DNA of 64,000 nucleotides, from the IMG/VR virus record IMGVR_UViG_3300018080_000158, positions 1 through 64,000 of that record; one strand, given 5' to 3'. The notes under the pieces are model-generated. The model was not told where the DNA came from. It saw only the letters and a list, made by a program, of their open reading frames with translations, and did not search any database. Shown piece by piece: positions 48,111 to 58,318 of the stretch (position 1 is the stretch's first letter; each line of letters begins with the position of its first letter). The DNA comes from a virus. A program made the position numbers and the translations under genes.

Positions 48111-49108
48111 TCGTCAATGTCGATAGAAGTCCGCTCTCTTATATGACTCCTGTGGTTTTCACAAGTATTCAACACATCGTGCAATAAAATTCTAGTTCTT
48201 CTTGGAGATCCTTTTATAGCGTTCTTGGCATAACGCTCGGCCCAGACTTTGCCTAATGTTACATATGTTGCCAGTAAACGATTTCTGTGGTAGTCATCAT
48301 AATTCCAGTTGTAGCCCCTCTTATCTCCATGGTGGCGCAAAGGCCCTCCTGGCATCAGCCATACATTCCTTCCAGTAACAGCCATTGCCCAATTCCAAAA
48401 ATTCTCCCCTCCCCCGTAGATACCAAGCTCTTTCGGCCATCCTCCAAGATCATCATATATTTGACGGGAAACAATCATCCCGCAAGTACTCATACAAGGC
48501 CTAGTAAAAGGGATTATTTTAGAAGAGTCAAAAGAACAAAATTTGTAATGAAGCACTCCCTTCTCTGGTTTAGCTACCAGCCTGTACATTAAAACTCTAT
48601 GCTCTATAATGCTATACGTTAAAGGAAGATGCAAAGATCCGTTGAGTCCTTCATGATGATCGATGTAGTACTTGCAAGCATTCGCTAATGAATTTCTAGA
48701 CGGTAGGCAGTGAGCGTCGCAAAACAAAAAAACATTGCCACGAGCACACTCAGCAGCAAAATTTTTACATTGCCAATGGCTGAGTTTGCCTTTATATTTC
48801 AAAATTCTGAGCCAGGGAAGGCCTTTCATCAAAGCTTTGTCAGTAAATATTCTATGTCCTCTGTCAGGCTCACGTAATTGCTTACGTTCTACTTCGTCAC
48901 ACCAGTTGTCAACTGCAATTACTTCAAATGAAAAAGATCGATCCTTCAGCTCTTCATATAAAGCTTGCAGAGTAAATACTAAGCTAGGCCATTCATTTAC
49001 AAATGGAACGATTACGGATACCATATTGCTGCCGGGCTTTTTTGTTTGAATTCTAAAGGTCTTAGTAGTTATTTGCTCCTCCGTCTTTCCGCTCTCTGCC
49101 TCTGACAT
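48080..49108 (-). CDS. glycosyltransferase family 2
   Basis: SVIVPFVNE, EVIAVDN, FCDAH, LGGW...YGGGE. Confidence 0.85.
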   Translation of the reverse strand: MSEAESGKTEEQITTKTFRIQTKKPGSNMVSVIVPFVNEWPSLVFTLQALYEELKDRSFSFEVIAVDNWCDEVERKQLREPDRGHRIFTDKALMKGLPWLRILKYKGKLSHWQCKNFAAECARGNVFLFCDAHCLPSRNSLANACKYYIDHHEGLNGSLHLPLTYSIIEHRVLMYRLVAKPEKGVLHYKFCSFDSSKIIPFTRPCMSTCGMIVSRQIYDDLGGWPKELGIYGGGENFWNWAMAVTGRNVWLMPGGPLRHHGDKRGYNWNYDDYHRNRLLATYVTLGKVWAERYAKNAIKGSPRRTRILLHDVLNTCENHRSHIRERTSIDIDEWISKWSLIS

Positions 49109-49126
49109 TGCTCACTCCTTTCTAAT

Positions 49127-49531
49127 TTATCCGATGGATGCTTCGTTAATAATACACCGCTTTACACCTTTCAAATATGCTGCTTCGCTATGACTCAAAA
49201 GTTTACTATCTACATGATACGGAATATTTACTGCACTTGATACTAGCCTAGACAACAAATGATGGTATTGAGTATTGCTAACATGCGACATTACTTGCCT
49301 AGTCAAACAGCATATTTTGCTTTCGCTGGCATCTGGGATTTTCATATGTAAAAATTCATGGATCAGAGTTCTACAAATACAACTAGAAGGGTCTACAACA
49401 ATCCACCAGTTATTCGGATCAAATATACCGTCTGTTCGGCCCTTCAACCTTTGCAAGTAGATAGGAATTGAACCTGTCTTCAATTGACGATAAATCCACC
49501 ATAATATTCTATCAGCCTGTTTTTTAGTCAT
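49127..49531 (-). CDS. HEXXH zincin-like small protein
   Basis: TLIHEFLH...E. Confidence 0.6.
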   Translation of the reverse strand: MTKKQADRILWWIYRQLKTGSIPIYLQRLKGRTDGIFDPNNWWIVVDPSSCICRTLIHEFLHMKIPDASESKICCLTRQVMSHVSNTQYHHLLSRLVSSAVNIPYHVDSKLLSHSEAAYLKGVKRCIINEASIG

Positions 49532-49535
49532 CCCC

Positions 49536-49985
49536 CTAATCCATCAGTAACAAGTAGTAAATAGCAGGAAGTGAAAATTTCTTAACACTAACAAGGGGCA
49601 TCTCAAACTCATACCATTCGCACCAATCAGAACAAATCTCCCCTAGAATACTATACTTACAAGCAGAAGCACTTGCCTCAAAACATCCGGCAGTAAGAGT
49701 AGTAAAGAAATCAATACTCATATCGGCCTTGATACCTGCATAATCTTTCCAAGACTCCAGACCTGACAAGTCATTGACTGCAATGTAATAAAAATCAACC
49801 CTACTTTTCGGAGCGTCACAAACAAAACTAACTGGGTACTTTCTCGGATACCGGGCTTCCGCACCAGGAAGGACTTGAAAAACTTCTTCAGGCAATTCTT
49901 TAAATACTTTAGTCTTTGGAGCGCACCCTGAAATTACTAGTAGCAACACTATACATATACAGAGTTTACTCCCAGCCGTCTTCAC
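49536..49985 (-). CDS. putative lipoprotein
   Basis: LLLVISGC lipobox; C-terminal LPAIYYLLL. Confidence 0.6.
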   Translation of the reverse strand: MKTAGSKLCICIVLLLVISGCAPKTKVFKELPEEVFQVLPGAEARYPRKYPVSFVCDAPKSRVDFYYIAVNDLSGLESWKDYAGIKADMSIDFFTTLTAGCFEASASACKYSILGEICSDWCEWYEFEMPLVSVKKFSLPAIYYLLLMD

Positions 49986-50421
49986 TTTTACTTCCTAAAG
50001 TACTTCCAAGATTTCTTGGATTTGCTGCCTCTATCGCTCTCATCCTGCACTCTATGCTATCGGTACGCTCGACCAATTCAGCAATACGTTCTGCGTAGTA
50101 TTTCTCCATCCACTCAAGCTTCAACTCGGAGTATTGGCAGCAAGCCTCTATGCGAGCACTTACTTCCGAAACTTTGCTATTGACATTTCCAGAACACTTA
50201 GAGGATACTGAGATATTAGCAATCTGCATTCCGAAAATACCAACACCAAGAGCAAATACTCCGGCCATTGACCAGAAGAATAAAGCATTTGAGATCTTTT
50301 TCTGTCCAAGTATCTTGATGTCGTTTGAATTGCTTTCCAGTATGTTAGTAATAAGCGCAAACGTCTTTTGTAACCATTCGTCTTCGCTCTTACCTTCTTT
50401 ATCTGGCAAGTATATCTCCAT
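49966..50421 (-). CDS. membrane-anchored coiled-coil protein
   Basis: one TM segment followed by a heptad-rich tail. Confidence 0.5.
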   Translation of the reverse strand: MEIYLPDKEGKSEDEWLQKTFALITNILESNSNDIKILGQKKISNALFFWSMAGVFALGVGIFGMQIANISVSSKCSGNVNSKVSEVSARIEACCQYSELKLEWMEKYYAERIAELVERTDSIECRMRAIEAANPRNLGSTLGSKSEDGWE

Positions 50422-50830
50422 GTCGCATCCCCTTTGCAGACGGAATGGTCACAATCAAAAAACTTGCTTCCTGGCAAATTACTGCTTTGTGCGGAGTATT
50501 TTCAGGTATAAAAATGAACCCTCCACGCTTAGCTTTCTTTTTGATGCCAGGCATAACACATCCAACAACGCCACTTATTACTAAGTAGTACTCAACGGCT
50601 GTCTCGTGCTTGTGCGTTTTACACTCTGACCCCTCCGGCCCAGAAGCAAGGGCTACTGCATACTGATCGTCTTTATCTGATACAAGCACAGTTTGAGTAA
50701 TAGGGCCTCCTTTAAGGCACTGGATAGTTCTCACCGGCTTCTTGCTACTGAGTAATGCAGACAACTCAGGAACATCCGCAATCCTGCGCTTTAGCTGCAT
50801 CAAATCATCAATCCTTTGAGCATTAGACAT
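50399..50830 (-). CDS. cupin domain protein
   Basis: HKHETAVEYYLVISG...FIPENTPH. Confidence 0.85.
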   Translation of the reverse strand: MSNAQRIDDLMQLKRRIADVPELSALLSSKKPVRTIQCLKGGPITQTVLVSDKDDQYAVALASGPEGSECKTHKHETAVEYYLVISGVVGCVMPGIKKKAKRGGFIFIPENTPHKAVICQEASFLIVTIPSAKGMRHGDILAR

Positions 50831-50846
50831 TTAACTCACCTCCTTC

Positions 50847-52784
50847 TTAGCTCCAACTTGCTTCAGGCCATACATACAACTCGTCATTGGATTCGTAGTC
50901 TTGTAAGTAAAGCCTGATTCTAACCCAGCCCTCTGTTCCAACAGTAAACGTGTCAGAAATACTTTGTGTCCAATCCGCAGCATTTGATCTTGTTGTTACT
51001 GCTGTTGCTTCCTCAGTCGCAGTCTGCACATCTCCAGACCCATCCAAGTAGTCAATCTCCATCTTGATATCACCTGCGCCGAGGGAAGCATAAGTAGTTT
51101 GCAGCTTGTAGGTTACTGTGTATGCAGCAGCAGTCTTCCAGTATTCGTGCTCGAAAATACGGACGTTATGCGGGTCATCACAATTACTGAGCGCTGTGGC
51201 TTCAATAGCGTCACCAGTGCTGCCATCAGGATCTTGACTAGGATAATCGCCAGTCCCATCACAAGGAACTTTGGTTGTTGCGCCAAACGAACTATAGATT
51301 CGGTGTGCATTAGCAGTTTGATCATAATACTCAAATCTAAGGTAGTGTCCGCTGTGACTCTGATTATTTCTAGTGCTGGTAAAGGTAAGTCCACCAGACG
51401 GCACTTTGCAATTAATAAAATCATAGTTGCCAGCAACCTCATCGGCAAGGTTTATATCACTGAAGACACAGTCGATTTGGTTATCATCTGCATCCCAACC
51501 AAACGTACAATTAATATACGTCTGATCTGCTTTATTCAAAAGGTAGTCGTAGCCATAAAAATAGCAATCTTTATAAACAATACCTACTCCTAAGTTTAGC
51601 GTCGAACAAGCCGCAAAAGTACAGTTCTCATATGTAGCGGACGAACCATAAAGACCAGATCCTCCGCCAATAAATATTGTATTCTTAACCAACGTATCTC
51701 CTCGAACCCTGTTCTCAACTCTGACTCCTCCATAAAGATAACCTCCATCTACTACACAGCCGTCAAGTGTGGCAAGAGATGTACCTGTACCAAACGAACT
51801 TATATCAGAAAGGGTATCTCCTCCGTCAAACCCGAAATAAGAGGATGCAGTATCTCCAATGGCTGCATTACTTACGTTGGCTGTGCCATTACTCCCGTAA
51901 GTCCCGCCTCTCTCAAGCCCTTCACATGCATACACTTGAATGTCATGCAATTCAGTGTTGCTGTTAAACCTGAAAAATGGCTTATTGGTCGGACAAGATC
52001 CATCTGGAACCTCCCCAAGCTGATAGTATTTAACATTTCTTGAGACATTGATTATATATGAAGTCCAAGAGCTGCCTACTCCAGCAGCACAGGTCACATT
52101 TCCATCAAGATTAACAATCGTCCCATCCCCACCATCAAAACTATTTATTTTTCTGACTATCGTATCAGTTGTATAGGAATCATGTTGTTTATGTTCATGG
52201 ATGACAACATAGTCATTTGCATTCCACTTGGCCGACATATCGGTACTTGTCTTGATAGCGGCATCTCCATCTGTATTCTCAGCATCATTTGCCAATGTGT
52301 CATTAAAGGCTGCACCATAGTAGTCTTCGTCCCCATACATAGTCAGAGTGCCATTACTCGTTAGACCTTTTGAATCATCACTGGTGCAGTTAAATATAAT
52401 CTCTGCTGTCGTACCATCTGGAATAGGAGTGCCAGAGGTGCCTACATTCAGTGTTCCCCCAGAGTCAATAGTGAAAGTATTATTACCAAAAGTGATCTTG
52501 GTATTGGAATCTGTCTTAAAGGTCAAAATCCCACCGCTCTGAATTGTAGAGTCTCCAAGCTCATTCGTCTCGGAGACATTGTAAGTAACGGTATGTCCAT
52601 TTGCTATAGTAAAAGTGTCTCCAGCGTTTCCAGGCCAGTCAGTCCCCTTTGCCCCAGGAGAAGCATTTCCCCAAGTGGCCCCATCGTCCCAGTCTCCTGT
52701 TTGGCTACTAGTAAAAGCAGCAGCAAAACCAATGGATACAGAGGCTAAGAAAGTCAGCAGGCATATTGCCAAGATCTTTTTCAT
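50847..52784 (-). CDS. secreted G8/beta-helix-like fibre or adhesin protein
   Basis: signal peptide; S.QTGDWDD..TW...GD...I..GHTVTY; beta-helix-like middle; C-terminus related to 53546..55450. Confidence 0.65.
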   Translation of the reverse strand: MKKILAICLLTFLASVSIGFAAAFTSSQTGDWDDGATWGNASPGAKGTDWPGNAGDTFTIANGHTVTYNVSETNELGDSTIQSGGILTFKTDSNTKITFGNNTFTIDSGGTLNVGTSGTPIPDGTTAEIIFNCTSDDSKGLTSNGTLTMYGDEDYYGAAFNDTLANDAENTDGDAAIKTSTDMSAKWNANDYVVIHEHKQHDSYTTDTIVRKINSFDGGDGTIVNLDGNVTCAAGVGSSWTSYIINVSRNVKYYQLGEVPDGSCPTNKPFFRFNSNTELHDIQVYACEGLERGGTYGSNGTANVSNAAIGDTASSYFGFDGGDTLSDISSFGTGTSLATLDGCVVDGGYLYGGVRVENRVRGDTLVKNTIFIGGGSGLYGSSATYENCTFAACSTLNLGVGIVYKDCYFYGYDYLLNKADQTYINCTFGWDADDNQIDCVFSDINLADEVAGNYDFINCKVPSGGLTFTSTRNNQSHSGHYLRFEYYDQTANAHRIYSSFGATTKVPCDGTGDYPSQDPDGSTGDAIEATALSNCDDPHNVRIFEHEYWKTAAAYTVTYKLQTTYASLGAGDIKMEIDYLDGSGDVQTATEEATAVTTRSNAADWTQSISDTFTVGTEGWVRIRLYLQDYESNDELYVWPEASWS

Positions 52785-53174
52785 TTATTTCTCCTTTGTT
52801 GGTAGATCAGAGAGCGAATCTCCTATAGACAGATACTTCTTCTCAATGAGTAGATCCACAACTTCTGATTCGTAATATTTTTTCTCTGGCTCAGGTCCTG
52901 GGTTTTCTAATCTGTCGATCATCTTGCTGACTCTTGCCTCAATGTCTTTGACAATGGGCTTTTTCTCAAACGATGTAGTAAAAGCATAATCCTTACTGTC
53001 AGCATCCCGTAGAACAAAACCCTGCTCATACCCCCACGGTACAGGCTGAAGGGTATCATACTCAACAGACCAGCCCTCATGACCACTTACAGCCTGGAAC
53101 TTCGCCTCGCTGATACTTGGAAGACATAGCGTAACAAAACAGACTACAAATACTATTCTACTTATCCAATACAT
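52785..53174 (-). CDS. small secreted protein, paralogue of 53218..53613
   Basis: MYWISR signal peptide; WG(Y/F)E; YESEVVDLLIEKKYL..G.SL.DL. Confidence 0.65.
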   Translation of the reverse strand: MYWISRIVFVVCFVTLCLPSISEAKFQAVSGHEGWSVEYDTLQPVPWGYEQGFVLRDADSKDYAFTTSFEKKPIVKDIEARVSKMIDRLENPGPEPEKKYYESEVVDLLIEKKYLSIGDSLSDLPTKEK

Positions 53175-53217
53175 AGCTCCCTCCATAGCTCCAGGTTGGA
53201 GCGGTTGTTGACATCCG

Positions 53218-53613
53218 TTATTCCTTACACAAATCTGCCAAGTCATCAAGGCTCTGTCCTTTCTTGAGATAGCACTTCTTGATAAGCAGCTCGACTACCT
53301 CACTCTCTAAATAGGTCTGCTCAGATCCAGGACCTGGGTTGTCGATCTTTGTTTTCAGGTTAGTTGTTCGTCTCGCCAACTCTGTCTTAATCTGCTCTGC
53401 TGTTGGCTTCTTCTTAAAAGTCATAACCACAGGGTACAAATGATTAGTGTCTTTGTCAGTTACACTGGCTCTTACTTCAAAGCCCCAAGCTCTAGGCTGG
53501 ACCTCCTGAGTCTTGCGAACCTGAAGATCAGTCGCAAAACAAAGACTAGGAAGTAGTAATAACAGCCAGAGGGTCAATGTAAATTTTGTCATCTGCATGA
53601 TAGAATGGCACAT
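53218..53613 (-). CDS. small secreted protein, paralogue of 52785..53174
   Basis: signal peptide; LESEVVELLIKKCYLKKGQSLDDL. Confidence 0.65.
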   Translation of the reverse strand: MCHSIMQMTKFTLTLWLLLLLPSLCFATDLQVRKTQEVQPRAWGFEVRASVTDKDTNHLYPVVMTFKKKPTAEQIKTELARRTTNLKTKIDNPGPGSEQTYLESEVVELLIKKCYLKKGQSLDDLADLCKE

Positions 53614-55450
53614 AGCATTTAATCCTTATTTTAGAGTCAGTTGCAGGGGTGATGGAGTCAATCTCTAAGTATTGGTCCCAATCACTCGCATTGTCCCGTG
53701 CTGAAATTGTTTCATCTGATTTAGTAGTAGTTATTGTGTATTCACTTGTATCATCGTAGCTATCAATGTATTCAGCCTCTAACCAAATATCTGTAGCGGC
53801 TAAAGTGTTTCCTCCTCCATCATCATCATGATATTGTACGTAATATTTACATGTCCAAGCTTCGGCTTCCGCTTCGTATTCGTGAGTAAAGATAGGCGGG
53901 ATTGCTGTATCGATTGGTTCCTTATAACTACTGCCATCATGAATAATCTCAACAAGTGTTCCCGATCCTCCTGTTCTTGCGTTTGGATAATCGCCACCGC
54001 CTCCAGCAGTAACAGTGGTACACTCACCTTGGCCTGTAAATTTTTTATGTGCCCCAAGTATTTTCTGATAATTTTCTATTGTTATCAAACTATTCTTTGA
54101 AGGGTACGAATAACCAACATCACCATTTGTATGCGAGGCTTTTACATCTATACCAATAATATGCGTAGCATTCATGATCCTAAAGGTAGTATCACCACAC
54201 GCCGCCTCCACCCCAAGATTCGTATTTTCAAGATACATAGGGTTGTTTCGGTAAGAAAAAATACAGCAATCCCCTACATTGTATGCAGCAAAATCTACAG
54301 TATCAACGGAAGCCCCAGCGTCCAAATATATTGCCCGTTGATTCGACCCAGCTCCAACTCCCTCTACTATACATCGACTATAAACAACGTGACAATTTGC
54401 GGCCCTGAGCAAAAGGTCCTGTGTACTAGCACGAAATAACATGCTATGCCAAAAACTTGGAGAAGCTGAATTATAGACGATGCCATTATTATCATCAGAA
54501 TCACACATATCTAGATTTGCAAAATAATAATATTGGTCATCATTTAATTGTAGCTGATATGACTGGTCAGCAAAATCTATTACTGGCAAAGTTTCAGCGT
54601 CAGAATCCCAATCACTTTCTTGGATAGCCCAACCAGAATCGTCAAAGCCATACTCTGCTCCCATGTCAGCAACATACGGAACTTCTCCATCATCTGCTTC
54701 AATCTGAAATTTTCCATTTGTTCCAGTAACCGTTGAGCCAGCATACTCTCTGTCAATAAGGAAACCAACCGCCGTCTCGCCTCCAGCATCAATCTCAGCA
54801 TCACCGCCAGCATCATCTGTTATATTATCATCTTCAACCCAAGCACTACCGCTGTATCTATAATATTGAATAGTACCAGTAGTGTCCCCATCATCTGTAA
54901 ACGCCCAAATCTTTCCTGTCTTAGTTTGTGTTACATTGTCTGCTTCACTTTCAACTGTAAATTCATCTCCGGCTCCCATACCATCAACTCCGGCCTCCCA
55001 AAGTACAGCCGTTATAAGGTATTCTTTCCCGTTTGGTGCAGTGCAAAAGCGGCCTACATGTGTTTCACGATCTGGGGTTACGCCCACTACATTATCGACA
55101 ATATTTGAGCCGTTGGTAAAATCAGCTTGTGTAATTGTAGTATTCGGAATTGCTGGCCTAGGCCAACCAATAGTATAAATTGGTTCTTTAGCATTTCCAT
55201 CGTAGGCAGGTAAAATATCACTTGTAGGATTCCCTCCATCCCACTCCTGATGAATCCTTCTGATAAAAACGATATCCCCAGCAGAAAGGCTCCCAGACTC
55301 TAAAGCCTTCTCAATATCATTCCATGCCAGGTCCATAGTTGTCCCGTTGTCAGTGTTGTCTCCAGTTGTCGAATCAACGAAGTAAATGGCCCCGAAACAC
55401 TGCCCCACAAGAAGCAACCAGATAATAAAGACTCTACTTATCCAATACAT
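53546..55450 (-). CDS. secreted beta-helix-like fibre or adhesin protein
   Basis: signal peptide; YFVDS..G.N...G.....AW..I; acidic; C-terminal R....DW.Q shared with 50847..52784. Confidence 0.65.
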   Translation of the reverse strand: MYWISRVFIIWLLLVGQCFGAIYFVDSTTGDNTDNGTTMDLAWNDIEKALESGSLSAGDIVFIRRIHQEWDGGNPTSDILPAYDGNAKEPIYTIGWPRPAIPNTTITQADFTNGSNIVDNVVGVTPDRETHVGRFCTAPNGKEYLITAVLWEAGVDGMGAGDEFTVESEADNVTQTKTGKIWAFTDDGDTTGTIQYYRYSGSAWVEDDNITDDAGGDAEIDAGGETAVGFLIDREYAGSTVTGTNGKFQIEADDGEVPYVADMGAEYGFDDSGWAIQESDWDSDAETLPVIDFADQSYQLQLNDDQYYYFANLDMCDSDDNNGIVYNSASPSFWHSMLFRASTQDLLLRAANCHVVYSRCIVEGVGAGSNQRAIYLDAGASVDTVDFAAYNVGDCCIFSYRNNPMYLENTNLGVEAACGDTTFRIMNATHIIGIDVKASHTNGDVGYSYPSKNSLITIENYQKILGAHKKFTGQGECTTVTAGGGGDYPNARTGGSGTLVEIIHDGSSYKEPIDTAIPPIFTHEYEAEAEAWTCKYYVQYHDDDGGGNTLAATDIWLEAEYIDSYDDTSEYTITTTKSDETISARDNASDWDQYLEIDSITPATDSKIRIKCYVPFYHADDKIYIDPLAVITTS

Positions 55451-55643
55451 AGCTCTCTCCATAGCTCCAAGTAGGAGCGGTTGTAGACATTACTGATTCG
55501 CCGTAAGACCAGACAGGCTCCGAAACATCTTCGGAAACTGTAACTGTAGAACCGCCATAGTAATACTGATAACCGCCCATAGAATTTAATGTATACAAAA
55601 CCAGACAGCCAATGAGTAGTAATGCAGCAATTAACAATTTCAT
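55434..55643 (-). CDS. small secreted or membrane protein with a repeated WSYGES
   Basis: GGAGGTGAGTAATG start; hydrophobic N-terminus. Confidence 0.55.
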   Translation of the reverse strand: MKLLIAALLLIGCLVLYTLNSMGGYQYYYGGSTVTVSEDVSEPVWSYGESVMSTTAPTWSYGESYVLDK

Positions 55644-55653
55644 TACTCACCTC

Positions 55654-57585
55654 CTAAAAGTCTGAGGTTCTTTTATCCAGTTTGAACTTCAGCATTACCA
55701 AACTAGCCCCTACCACTTGTCCATAGTCATCGTTGTCATCTTCATCCCGATAGAGTTTAAAGTGGATTGTCTCTCCTGCCGTAAGATCAGTAATATGAGT
55801 ACTTGTCATAGCAGAACTCCACGCAGTTGCTACTCGGTCATATTGCGCATCTGTTCTTGATCCGCTATTGGATGTCTGAGCAGTGCCATAAGTACCGTCA
55901 AGAGAATCCCCATCTCCAAGAGAGAATCCCTGCATCTCAAACTGCCAACTTTCAGCAGACGGCCCAGTGGCATTATATACCCAACAAATCACTCTAAACT
56001 TAATACCAGCCGTCACATCTAAATCAGGCGGCGCCTCCCACGTAAAAGCAAGATCTTCGTCCGAATCTGCGGCAAAGGTTCTGACATCTACAGACTTAGT
56101 GTTTGAAGTGATTGTTTCCAATGCATCTGGAGGGCTTGCTCCATCTGTCATGTAGGAAATGGGAATAGGGCAAGTCTCCACAAAATCATTTACTCCTGAG
56201 ATTGTTAAGTTGCCGTCCGTATCCCATCCATACCTAGTTGCTTCCAAAGTCTTTATGGTGGTTGCAGTAATAGTTCCTGGACTGGCTACTCTATTCCTGA
56301 CTATCCTAATCCAATAACCTGAACTACCATCGGCACCGCCAGGATCTGCATCAGATTTCCAATTGGTAAGATTTGCTGAATTCCACACTATCTCTCCGCT
56401 TGTAGTAAATCCTTGAGTGCCATCTGAAGGATAGAATTGTACCCAAGCCGGAGAAGTGTCGTAATAGTAAAACTGAGGGAAGATAGTCTTTGTGCCAACG
56501 GAGGAGAGTAATACTTCAAGCTCATTAAATGTGGTTGCTGAGCCTATGTAGATCGCATCATCAGCATCCACAAATATATCATTTCCGTCTATTCCGTCTG
56601 TCCATGCACCTCCATCAGGATACCTTGCAGCATATTCGGTTTGACTAGGTGTAGCAAAGGCGCCTGTCTGTTGGCATACAGGAGCGACTCCAGGCTTTGC
56701 ACATAGCGCCACAATAGTTCCACTCGTAGAACCTATAGAGGCAACATCCAGCGCACGCAAAGTGGAGGAAGAATCCAAATTACTAGCATCTAAATTCATT
56801 GATATACCTGTATAGGTCGCCGAAGCCGCACTGCCTGCATCTTTGTCAAAAAGAACTCTGCCTTCCACCACATGAAGAGCTGTCTCATGCTCAGGCATTA
56901 CTATTCTTGCTCCCTCCAAATCTGGGGAGTTAGTAGTATCCACACCTGATAGATTTACTGCAATACCTCGAATCTTAGCCCCGGCTGCGCTCGGATCTAA
57001 ATCATCAGGTTTTACTCTAACACCTGTCCAATCTTCATCTCCTCCTAAAGCCTCACCCCCAGTAATATCAATGGCCTGATTGTCAGTACCAGAAATACTA
57101 GTTTGAGATATTGTAAGAGCTGGCTCTGAAGTATTGTTCAAGGTCACCTTGTTAAGCGTTTGAGTGCCATCTAGAGAATCTACATCTCCATCGTCATCAG
57201 TGTCAATCTGATGTAAGTAATCATATATGTCATCTTTCTCTGGAGAATCTGTGTCTCCATTCCAGCCAGCAGCGTAAACACCATCAACTCCATCGTCATC
57301 GTCAACGATAGAAGAATCAAGATTGTCTACATCTCCATCGTCATCTGTATCAAGCAGATGCAAGTAATCATAAATTGAGTTCTTTGAAGCGCCATCTTCA
57401 TCAGCATTCCAGGCATTGGAGTAAACATCATCCTCCACTGTGCCAGCCCTTAAAGATCGTGTACTTGACGAGGCTCCAGGGGAAGCAATCCGTTCTGGCC
57501 CCATAGGTCCGATAGTAGAGTTCTTGTCCATGGCACACGATACCATAAACAACACTAGTATACTAATAACAAAAAATCGTTTCAT
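55654..57585 (-). CDS. lipoprotein-signal fibre-like protein with tandem DxDxDG repeats
   Basis: MKRFF...FMVSC; two W.....SKxxIYDYLH..DTDDDGDVD-type repeats. Confidence 0.6.
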   Translation of the reverse strand: MKRFFVISILVLFMVSCAMDKNSTIGPMGPERIASPGASSSTRSLRAGTVEDDVYSNAWNADEDGASKNSIYDYLHLLDTDDDGDVDNLDSSIVDDDDGVDGVYAAGWNGDTDSPEKDDIYDYLHQIDTDDDGDVDSLDGTQTLNKVTLNNTSEPALTISQTSISGTDNQAIDITGGEALGGDEDWTGVRVKPDDLDPSAAGAKIRGIAVNLSGVDTTNSPDLEGARIVMPEHETALHVVEGRVLFDKDAGSAASATYTGISMNLDASNLDSSSTLRALDVASIGSTSGTIVALCAKPGVAPVCQQTGAFATPSQTEYAARYPDGGAWTDGIDGNDIFVDADDAIYIGSATTFNELEVLLSSVGTKTIFPQFYYYDTSPAWVQFYPSDGTQGFTTSGEIVWNSANLTNWKSDADPGGADGSSGYWIRIVRNRVASPGTITATTIKTLEATRYGWDTDGNLTISGVNDFVETCPIPISYMTDGASPPDALETITSNTKSVDVRTFAADSDEDLAFTWEAPPDLDVTAGIKFRVICWVYNATGPSAESWQFEMQGFSLGDGDSLDGTYGTAQTSNSGSRTDAQYDRVATAWSSAMTSTHITDLTAGETIHFKLYRDEDDNDDYGQVVGASLVMLKFKLDKRTSDF

Positions 57586-57604
57586 ATCTATAAACACCTC
57601 CCAA

Positions 57605-57928
57605 TTAGTCATAGAACAAAATTTCAAGAATCTCGCTTCCTGCCGCTACACTAGCAAAACAAAGTCTCTCGTCTGCTTGTAAGCCAATGTTCATAGACCA
57701 TTCCCCTGCTATGGTGTAATAAGTAGTGCCAGCAGAAGTCAAAGACACCAAAAAATCAGACGCTGCTCTGGTCCTCATCATAAAGCCTTTGCATGGATGA
57801 GAACTTTTAATGGCTTGCCATGCGTTAGTAAGAGTAATATTCTTTACCTCTGTTATCTCACAACCTCCAGGAATAGGGTAGCCAGCAGCGTCCCTTTTGA
57901 ATGGCCTTGTCAAATTGTGTGTAGTCAT
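57605..57928 (-). CDS. virion-type beta-rich small protein
   Basis: KRDAAGYPI N-terminus; beta-strand pattern. Confidence 0.5.
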   Translation of the reverse strand: MTTHNLTRPFKRDAAGYPIPGGCEITEVKNITLTNAWQAIKSSHPCKGFMMRTRAASDFLVSLTSAGTTYYTIAGEWSMNIGLQADERLCFASVAAGSEILEILFYD

Positions 57929-58318
57929 TTACTTATCCCTCCTTTTCAATCCTCGTTTGTGTAGTATTTCAGTTTTGAACCAAGGGAAATGTCTTACTAA
58001 GCCAGGGGCCAAAGTAGCAATTACTTCCAAACGTATGCTTTGAAAGAAAATTACTTTGGCAGTAATGAACTTGATTTGAGTCCCTTCTAAAGTGGAAACT
58101 ATCCTATTAAATCCACGAGACCTTTTTTTAAGGCCATAGTAATCGATTACTAAGACCTCATCGGTATCTACCTCCTTCCCCATAAGCAAACCGAAAGGTT
58201 TAGAAGATAATCGACATGGCTTTGGCGAAACTTCCTGAACCCTGCCAAGCAGACCAAGTTTAACCCCTGGCAATATCACTCGTCTTTCAAATTTACTTCT
58301 GTAGCTTCTAATATTCAT
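57929..58318 (-). CDS. hypothetical protein
   Basis: coupled ORF. Confidence 0.5.
   Translation of the reverse strand: MNIRSYRSKFERRVILPGVKLGLLGRVQEVSPKPCRLSSKPFGLLMGKEVDTDEVLVIDYYGLKKRSRGFNRIVSTLEGTQIKFITAKVIFFQSIRLEVIATLAPGLVRHFPWFKTEILHKRGLKRRDK

Noticed and set aside
53157-55490. diversity-generating retroelement TR/VR pair
   Set aside because: No reverse transcriptase in the window; the repeat is short and lies at gene junctions, not in a C-terminal variable domain
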